From Octopus sinensis (lineage: Eukaryota), in assembly GCF_006345805.1 (NCBI RefSeq), contig NC_043012.1:50840001-50904000 (forward strand): a DNA stretch of 64,000 nt, in the 5' to 3' direction. Positions 54,675-64,000 of this stretch are shown here, one piece after another. The notes beneath the pieces are model-generated. The model had not been told where the DNA came from, made no database searches, and saw only the letters and a list, made by a program, of their open reading frames with translations. Both the position numbers and the translations under genes were made by a program. Numbering within the stretch: position 1 is the stretch's first letter; the number at the start of each line of letters is the position of its first letter.

Positions 54675-55037
54675 TCTCTATATGTATATAAACGGCAAAA
54701 TGCATGTGTGTGTCCTTTATACAACTCCACAATTTTTCAGTTAGAGAGCTCGAACTTTATATGGTCATTTAAAACCATCCAAGGGTGGTCGTGCACATGT
54801 TTACATTTCCTCAATTACCCCACAAAGCCATTAAAAATCAATAGAAATGACTTTTTTGTGAATTTTCTATCCAAAACTTTATCAAACTGCCAGAAACTTG
54901 ATACGCCAATTGGATGCCAGCTAGCTGTATGTGATTAATCGGAGATTTGGACAGTACTCGCGTGTAAGTGCGCATGCCCGCAGCTGTATATGCATGCACT
55001 AGCAGTATGACCCGGCGTTGCCGGGTCATAGTGCTAG
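54675..55037 (+). mobile_element. Non-autonomous Helitron (about 363 bp), apparently complete
   Basis: 5' A|TCTCTATATGTATATAAA, 3' hairpin GACCCGGC-gtt-GCCGGGTC followed by CTAG|T; inserted between A and T with no TSD. Confidence 0.8.
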
Positions 55038-55750
55038 TACTTACTATTTGAATTATAAGTTATAGTTGAGACTTCTTGAAAGGAAAAAAAAATATCAAAC
55101 ACGATGCAACACTGAAAAGAACCTCACTAGTGAATTCGATTTTAAAAAGAAGTGCTTCGTTAGAAGAAGTTTGTATATAAGTCCTGTGCGCGTGTGCACG
55201 CGACCACGCGCATGTACGCGCACGCACACACGCACACACAAGCACACATACACGCACACGCACAAACACACACACGCACGAACTAACGCGCGCGTGTCAC
55301 ACACATATTCAATATGCACACATATTCAATAGAGGAACGATGGCATTATACATATTTTATGCTCCCGGAATTTGCATTTTTTCCCTCTTGCTGTTATTGC
55401 AAATGATGAAAATGCATGATCATATAGGATAATATGCTACATGTCATCTGTAAGACTGTAGGTGATATTTTCGGGATATTATACTGCTATTTCGATGAGG
55501 CTCATAGGAGGAACGAGTAATATATATGTTGGGTTGCTTCAGGATGTAAAATTATATGGGGAAACTATATTAGCATTGAATCATCTTTTCATTTTACCTT
55601 TATTTATTTTCCCACATAACTCCTATGACATTATCAGGCAAATTACAACTCTTCTTTCACACTCTTTTAATTTTCACTTTTTCTATGAACGTGGATGTAT
55701 GCAAGTATATAGGTGCATATATATATATATATTATATATAATATAATATA

Positions 55751-55783
<33 letters not shown>

Positions 55784-55873
55784 TATATATATATGTATGT
55801 ATGTATCTATATGTATGTATGTATAAATATATATATACATATATATATATACACACACACACACCACATATAT

Positions 55874-55910
<37 letters not shown>

Positions 55911-57044
55911 GTATGTATGTATATCATTTAGATACACATGCAGATACATGTATTTATAGGCACGTGTGTATAAGCATATGCATACTTATACTATATGCAT
56001 GCAATAAGTGTTAGCGAGTGTGAATGCATATGTGTTTCTGTCTAATGTATATGCGTATATTTATGTTGTTGAGCGCAGTTATGTGGCTAGTAACGTTTTC
56101 AATTATCAAATCATTATAAGACTCGCTGAAATTTATCCTCTAATTACATGAGACACCTGAGGTCAAATGGTACTTTATAATGCTGAAGTTGATTGGCTGA
56201 TTTATGCTACGAAAATAGTAGTGTTCATTTTTAGATCCTTCGAAGAATATGTCTATTTTTGCTGTAAAAACATAGCCTGGGAGATTTTAGACAAACCGAT
56301 TCGATGAAGTGATGTTAATCCGTAGTTGTGCCAATATAAACGTCAGTGACAACCATCCAGACAGTTCTTCATTCCTAAACTTGATAAAGATCTTTTACTA
56401 ATGAACCTCTGTGCTGAAATCCTACGAAATTACTTGTATATTATTGACACTTCATTTCTTCGTATTAATGAAATATACGTCTGTGCTTGTCCAAAAGAAA
56501 ATCAGATAAAATAATATAATAATTATAAACAAAACAATTACAAAGCTTTCTTTAATTTCTAATGAGAAGCGGGAATACAAACAAATAAATAAATGTGATT
56601 GAATGAGAAAAAAAAGAGAATAAATGATGTTAGTAATTGATTCGCTTGGCTGGGCAAACGTTTGTTTCAGCAACGCTTGACTGATTTGTTACTTGCCTAG
56701 ATTTTATATTGCAATATCCGTTTAACTGGCAGGGGGTCGGCTAGGAATGAATTAACAAGTGGATCAAATTGTACTAGTCGTACAATACTCCACATAATTC
56801 GTAAGTTCCTTTGTCCAAGCAAATCAGGAACTTCCGAAGCAAGTTTCCGTCTGTCAGGACATCTACTTTATAGTTATTTGAGGTCCAGTAGAGTGAAAAC
56901 ATAGAAAAAGCGTATTAATAACACATATTAAAGGGATTCCTCTAATGTTTCTGGCAAATATTCCTTTCACTTTATTCATTCTACTTTCTCTAATATATCT
57001 ATGTGCATATATGTATCTATGTGTGTATGGACATACATACATTC

Positions 57045-57076
<32 letters not shown>

Positions 57077-57168
57077 ATATATATATATGAATGTATGTAT
57101 GTCTATACACACATAAATACATATATACATATATATATACATATGTGTATACACATATATGTATCTCC

Positions 57169-57216
<48 letters not shown>

Positions 57217-57897
57217 CGTATATATATATATATACATACATATAATATATATATACACATACATACACACATACATACATCATGCGAAGCAGATTACACA
57301 CATAAATACACCATAGAAAGTAGACGACACACACAGATGTGTTCCTTTTGAATTTGAAACCATCACTACCTGTCATTCCTCTGACAATATCATTTATTAC
57401 TTTGTGGTTATTACACATTAAATCGGTGAATCTATTTATATACATCCATGCGAAACGAGCAATCGCATCACAAGATCGAGAATAACTTATAGGAATATAT
57501 CTGTTACCGGTATAAACGTTAAAATGTAATCTACCCTTGTGCTATGAATAAAAGCCTGGGTTTTAACTCTAACATCAGTGTTTCTCAGATGCGGTCGAAT
57601 TATGCGGTGCATTATGAAAAAATGATAATTTCAATTTTGGGGATATTTTGACGAAGCTACTTTTATGAATGTCTTCCACTCTAAGTAATTTTTATGATAT
57701 AATTTTAAAGACAAAATTAGAGACTGCTTTATATAACACGTATCTACATACATGGTTTTAATTCCCTTCACTATTTCTCTCAAGCTTTATGCTTCTCTAT
57801 TCTTCATCTCTATAACTGTTTATGCACATAGCCACACGAGCGCGCGCGTACACAGGCATGCATTTTGCATACATACACATACACATACATATATATG

Positions 57898-58220
57898 GTT
57901 TGCGTAGCTCAGTGATAAGAGCGTCAGGATTATGATCGTGATGTTGTGAATGAAGCTGTATGCTGATTTCTTGAGCAGGAAACTTCATTTCACGTTGTTC
58001 CACTTCACGCAGCTGTAGAAGTGAGTTGCGACCTCACTGCTGCCAAGCTATATTGGCTTTTACCTTTCCTTTGGACAACATAGGTAGCATTGATTGGAGA
58101 GACTGGTACGCATGGACAACTGCTGGGCTTCCACAAACAGCCCCCCCCCCGCTGGGCTTGTGCTGGGAAGGTCAACTTTCTAGGTGCAACTTAACGGTCA
58201 TTCGTGACCGAAGGGGAACT
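57898..58220 (+). mobile_element. SINE-like family D, diverged
   Basis: GCGTAGCTCAGTGATAAGAGCG A-box-like head and a GC-richer body; B box not evident. Confidence 0.5.
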
Positions 58221-58999
58221 TAACCCTATGTATATCATTTTAGGGAAAAATTGAGCGCCACAATCTTTATTGTAACTGAGAACACATTGGTTTGGATTCT
58301 CAGTTAGCTGATACAACTGATCACTTGAAACGAAGCTGGAGTTTTTCAGTCGTTTTATTTTTCAGTCTATAATCAACTACGACTGATAAAGATCAGTCGT
58401 AGTTCTCATGTGATGTGCGGGAGGATATTGCAATACTTTATAAAATAAGGTGCGCAATTGTGGTATACTTAGGTAACTATCAGCTCTCATAGAGATTGTG
58501 TCTACATAGAGATTGTTTATTAGCAAATTGATAAATATTCTATCTAAATGTGAAGCGACATCCTTCGCTGTAAATTATTACATCCATCAATATCTCGCTG
58601 GATTAATTAGTAAAATTACCATTATCTAAGACATCGTTTAATAAAATGAAGCGCGGCTTAATTTTTATATTTAAAAGTTAATATCTGCATGGTGCTTGGT
58701 GCAATAACTGCATGGGTGAGATTTTGTGGTGAAGGAAAGTGCTTAGCAAATTGCGGACTTCAGAGTGTAGTAACTTAGGGTTGTATCTATTAGCACAACT
58801 TCAAATTGGCGAATATGTAATGAGAACACGAGAAATGAACATTTCAGAGATGGCAGAAGCGTGGGAGTATGTTCAATAATTATGAAGCCAAAATTAGGTA
58901 TGATTTTTTGATACATATGATTATTCCAAGATATTTAGTTTACGAAGAAGTCTCAGGAGAAGAATCCGAAGCATTTACTCTTTCAGATATAATAAGTGT

Positions 59000-59467
59000 G
59001 CCGCACAAATTACACAAAATAAGAGAAATACATGCCCCCCCCCCCCAAAAAAAAACATCACAAATAGAACCAGTCACAATCAAGTCATAAGATCGAACAC
59101 AAGTGCCACAAATTTTGACAGCGACTACGCAGACACTGATAAAATGAGAAAAATTTAAAAGTCACTTTGGAACAAGTCGACAAAATTCACGACATCTGGT
59201 GGTACAAACCTAATGGATGAAACAGAAGATAAACAGTATTTCAGATCAAAATCAATTTCGATACAACAAATCGGAAACCTTTCAAAACTTAAATTTCCCT
59301 CCGAATATAATGCCAATGGAATAGGACAAAATATCTCACAGTTATGCAGAAAATCATATCTAAAGGGAGAATTCTTTCATAAAGAAAATCAAGGAATCAA
59401 CTGTACAATATAAAAGCAATTAGAGAACGATAAGAAAATAGGAAAGCCGAATTAGATACATTTTGTG

Positions 59468-59498
<31 letters not shown>

Positions 59499-59759
59499 AT
59501 ATATATTATATCTATTTCAGGAACTACCACAGTAGTCCAAACCAGACATCACTTTCAAACAATACTCTTTACTCTTTTACTTGTTTCAGTCATTTGACTG
59601 CGGCCACGCAGGAGCAACACCTTTAGTCGAACAAATCGATCCCAGGACTTATTCTTTGTAGGCCTAGTAGTTATTCTATCGGTCTCATTGCCGAACCGCA
59701 AAGCTACGAGGACAAACACACACACACAAATATATATACATACATATATATACACACAC

Positions 59760-59838
<79 letters not shown>

Positions 59839-60600
59839 ATATATATGTATGTATATATTACATCAGGCTTCTTTCAGTTGCCGTCGACCAAATCCACTCA
59901 CAAGGCTTTGGTCGGTCCGAGAATGTAGTAGAACCAGAGTAGTGGGACTGAACCAGGAACCATGTGGTTGCTAAGCAAAGTACTACCCACACAGCCACTC
60001 CTGTGCCTAGAGTGGAAAATTATACATAAAATAACTAAACATGTAGAGAAGAAAGTCTTGTTGTCATTAAGGTTATGAATACCACAAGAAGACCATATTA
60101 TTTCTGATACAAAATACCACCCATTATGAAACCATAATTTCTAGTAATCAAAAGCAATGAAGTAATAGAGCATCTGCACTTATTTATACCGAAAAGACTT
60201 AAGGTGCAATACATATTCACCCAAAATTTACAAGTGGAAATGATATAAAACAGGAGTGAAAATTAAATAACATGTATAAACACTGCAAGCAATCATGTTA
60301 AATTTAGAACAATTATAGTCAGTCCAGACTGTGAGCATATAGAATCAGTAAGTTCCTTTATATGTACTGCTGAAACCCATCCACAAGCGCATACCAAGCT
60401 TGATAAGACTTGGCGAGAACAGGTTAATCAATCTCAAGAAAATAGTTGACAGAACACAGGCATTGTATCATAAGATCTAGAAAAAATTGCATACTACTCT
60501 ACGAAGCTTGAATATTTCCGACTGAATACAAAAGAAAAGAAAAAAAGGAAGATTAATTACTGACAGAATTAAATGCGTTTGATGTTAGGAAGTATGTTTG
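59000..60600 (+). mobile_element. Heavily decayed R4/Dong-like RT remnant interrupted by a SINE
   Basis: Weak motif echoes only: VDKIHDIWWYK, KFPSEY, CRKSY, HLFIPKRLK. Confidence 0.35.
59563..60008 (-). mobile_element. SINE family A with expanded internal (TA)n
   Basis: Reverse-complement head AGGCACAGGAGTGGCTGTGTG; tail GTAAAAGAGTAAAGAG. Confidence 0.92.
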
Positions 60601-61519
60601 TTATAGCCTGAAAGCATCTGCTGTAAAGTTTATGTAAATAAATAGGCTCCAGTCAAATCTCAGAATTGTTAAAAGAAATGAATAATTTAGAATAAAAATC
60701 CAAGCTAACCTATTTATTTTTTGATTTGCAACTTAATTTAGAGTGACTGTATGTATTTGTATGTGTATACACACACACACGCGCGCACAGAAGCACGCAT
60801 GCGTACCAAAAAAATTCGAATTTGCCAAGGTATTGTTTAGTGTTAAGTACATACCCTCAATTCTTATGATGATGATATTTTTTTTCTAGCGCATACCTAA
60901 GCAATCATACAATTCTACTGAGAGAAATGGATGATTTAAATACGTGATGAGCATAAGTGATGTGCAGGAGCGCAGGCATTCTGTACATAGTTCTACCTTT
61001 TCAGTAAATTCACCGCCACAATAGAAATATTTGGAGATTTTAGTTAGGAACGTAAATACAATAGTACATTCATTTGACGAATGTTTGTTTCTTTCCGATT
61101 CTAACATCTCTCTAAGAGATCAATGCAGTAGCTGTGCTGACAAGTAATATGCGCAGCAACGTTAACATGGGTGTCCGTTCGAATATACTCTACATAATCA
61201 CACAATTTCTATCCATCCAATGACGCAATAAGAAATGGAATTAATTTATATCCAATAGGTGTGATTAATAATAAAGCTAGGGAATTTTTTTTGAAGAACC
61301 AGAGGATAAATATCGTTTTAAAATGAAGCTAAAAATGAGCTTCTCACTCAAATTAGAAAGAGAATCAACACGAAGACTGAAGCTAAAGAAAAAGTTTGAA
61401 TCAATAAATACGTGAAAAAATGCGCTTGCAAGCTAATCCGGAGCTCAATGTGTAGACATATTTAAGTTAACCTAACTAGTGGATATAAGTAGCTATGTAA
61501 GAGTATCTTATACATATTG

Positions 61520-61720
61520 ATTTGAGATTTTGGCACAATACCACCAGGTTAGATGGAGAGTGTAAGTCATTTACATGGTTCCCAATTTTCAACTGGTAAT
61601 TATTTTATCGACCCCAAAAGAATAAAATGGCAAAGTCGACATCGACGGAATTTGGACTCAGAACATGAAAACGGAAGAAATGCCACTAAGCATTTTGCCT
61701 CGCTTGCTAACGATTCTGTC
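61520..61720 (-). mobile_element. SINE family B, diverged
   Basis: TTTATCGACCCC...GCAAAGTCGACATCGACGGAATTTGGACTCAGAAC. Confidence 0.82.
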
Positions 61721-61779
61721 TGAGATCGTATATATGTGAATAGATAAGGAATAATACGAAGGAAAATAGGAAAATGAAT

Positions 61780-62339
61780 ACGAAGAAGAAGAAGAAAAAG
61801 GAGGAGGGGGAGGAGGAGGAGAGGAAAAAGATGAAGATGAAGAAGACAAAGAAGAAGAAGAAAAAGTAGATGAAGAGAAGAGGAAGTAGAAAATAAGAAT
61901 GCGAAAAGAAGAACAAGAACAAGAAGAAGGAAAATAAAAATAATAATAAAAAGAAGAATGAAGAAGAAAAAATAAGAAGAAGGAGGGAGACGAGGAGAAG
62001 TAGAAGAAGAAGAAGAAGAAGAAAAAAAAATAATAATGATAATAATAATAATAATAATAATATAATAATAAGAAGAAGAAGAAGAAGAAGAAACAAAAAA
62101 GAAGAAGACGAAGATGAAGAAGAAGAAGAAGAAGAAGAAAAAGAAAGCGAAGATGAAGGAAAAGAAGAAGGAGGAAGCGGTAGAAGAAGAAGTAGAAGTA
62201 GAAGAAGAAGAAGAAGAAGAAGAAGAAAAAGAAAGCGAAGAGGAAGGAAAAGAAGAAGGAGGAAGAGGTAGAAGAAGAAGTAGAAGTAGAAGAAGAAGTA
62301 GAAGAAGAAGAAGAAGAAGAGGAAAAAAAAATAATAATG

Positions 62340-62373
<34 letters not shown>

Positions 62374-63279
62374 GAAGAAGAAGAAGAAGAAGAAGAGGAA
62401 GAAACAAAAAAGAAGAAGAGGAAGTAGAAATAGAAGAAGTAGAAGAAGAAGACGAAGAAGAAGAAGAAGTAGAAGAAGAAGAAGAAGAAGAAGAAGAAAG
62501 AAGAAGAAAGCGAAGATGAAGGAAAAGAAGAAGGAGGAAGAGGTAGAATAAGAAGTAGAAGTAGAAGAAGAAGAAGAAGAAGAAGAAGACGAAGAAGAAA
62601 AGGAAAGCGAAGAGGAAGGAAAAGAAGAAGGAGGAAGAGGTAGAAGAAGAAGTAGAAGTAGAAGAAGAAGAAGAAGAAGAAAAAGAAGAACAAAATCAAG
62701 AATAAGAACAAGAAGGAGAAGAAGAAGAAGAGAGGGAAAGAAAGAAAGAGAGGAAATAAGAAGAAGAAGCGAAGAAAAGAAGGAATAGAAGAAGAAAAAG
62801 AAAGCGAAGAGGAAGGAAAAGAAGAAGGAGGAAGAGGTAGAAGAAGAAGTAGAAGTAGAAGAAGAAGAAGAAGAAGAAGAAGACGAAGAAGAAAAGGAAA
62901 GCGAAGAGGAAGGAAAAGAAGAAGGAGGAAGAGGTAGAAGAAGAAGTAGAAGTAGAAGAAGAAGAAGAAAAAGAAGAACAAAATCAAGAATAAGAACAAG
63001 AAGGAGAAGAAGAAGAAGAGAGGAGAAGAAGAAGAAGAAGAAGAAGAAGAAAAGAAGAAAAGAAAGCGAAGAGGAAGGAAAAGAAGAAGGAGGAAGAGGT
63101 AGAAGAAAAAGTAGAAGTAGAAGAAGAAGAAGAACAAGAAGAACAAGAACAAGAATAAGAACAAGAAGGAGAAGAAGAAGAAGAGAGGAGAAGAAGGAGA
63201 AGAGGAAGAACAAGAACAAGAATAATAATAAGAAGAAGAAGAAGGAGAAGAAGAAGAACAAGAAGAAGAAGAAGAAGTA
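61780..63279. repeat. 1.5-kb purine-rich (GAA)-based complex repeat with higher-order units and (TAA) islands
   Basis: Direct reading; explains ORFs 61600-63261, 61658-62407 and 61707-63164. Confidence 0.95.
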
Positions 63280-63711
63280 GGCCTTCTATGTTTTTAACGT
63301 GAAGCAATTGGCTGCGACACTTTTCTGATTGATGGCTGCTATCAGTTTTAAAAATTGCAAACAGTCCCACCAGGACATTGCACGTGCCTTTTCTCCGCTT
63401 AAAGTAACCACAAGAAAAAAACGTTTCTGATTTTATTCCATTGACTGTGGGGTTTGCAATATTTGAACTGCTCTATGCTTCCGCTGGTACATCTCATCTT
63501 AATGTGCTCGTTGCCTCCATTGCTACTGCTTATCTGTACTGGTACTTTTTATGCACATATTTAGCAGGTACTGATACAATTTATTCATACATTTCAGTTG
63601 CCCTCTCATGTAACCTCCTCATCCTATTTTACACTTCACGGTTTCTGAGTAAAAACTCACAGAAACCCACGCTCGCACTGTCACCCTCAATGTTACCCCT
63701 ATAACACACAA

Positions 63712-63772
<61 letters not shown>

Positions 63773-63855
63773 TATTATTATTATTATTATTATTAATATT
63801 ATAGTCATTATTATTATTATTATTATTATCATCATCATCATCATCATCATCATTG
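63712..63855. repeat. (TTA)n-(CAT)n microsatellite
   Basis: Direct reading. Confidence 0.95.
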
Positions 63856-64000
63856 TTGATGTTGATTTCGTTGTTGCTGATGTTATACTTAGTAGAAGGC
63901 AGCAGCAGTACCAGCAACAGCAGCAGCAGCAGCATTAGTAGTAGTAGTATCATCAAAACCACCCGTCTCCTGCTCTTCATCATTCTTACAGCATCTACAT

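Noticed and set aside
61600-63261. 553-aa, 485-aa and 249-aa ORFs
   Set aside because: Translations of a (CTT)n-rich strand that lacks stop codons; poly-F/L/S with no domain.
63280-63710. Possible 5' end of an R4/Dong-like element beside (TAA)n
   Set aside because: The position is suggestive but the translation match is too weak.

Overview
AT-rich, microsatellite-saturated eukaryotic genomic DNA with one 100-N scaffold gap (3619-3718). The SINE families look, from recall only, like Octopus (coleoid cephalopod) SINEs. No intact host gene can be supported. The long ORFs in the track (1898-2920, 61600-63261, the YIYI/HTHT ORFs) are translations of simple repeats. Recognisable coding sequence is all transposon-derived and disrupted: a Penelope-like element (RT + GIY-YIG, 6968-9480), R4/Dong-like REL LINEs in (TAA)n arrays (best 38820-41315), and Tc1, pogo/Tigger, DD37D-like and DD34D mariner transposases. 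Also present are an L1/Tx1-like ORF1 fragment, a complete non-autonomous Helitron, MITE-like hairpins and four tRNA-derived SINE families. The most notable signal is a set of unrelated short repeats carrying type I hammerhead ribozyme motifs (CUGANGA...GAAAC...GUH), several with differing but self-complementary helix III sequences. One sits in a perfect 69-bp-arm palindrome that encodes the motif on both strands. One weak candidate spliced exon lies at 30200-30404 (-).
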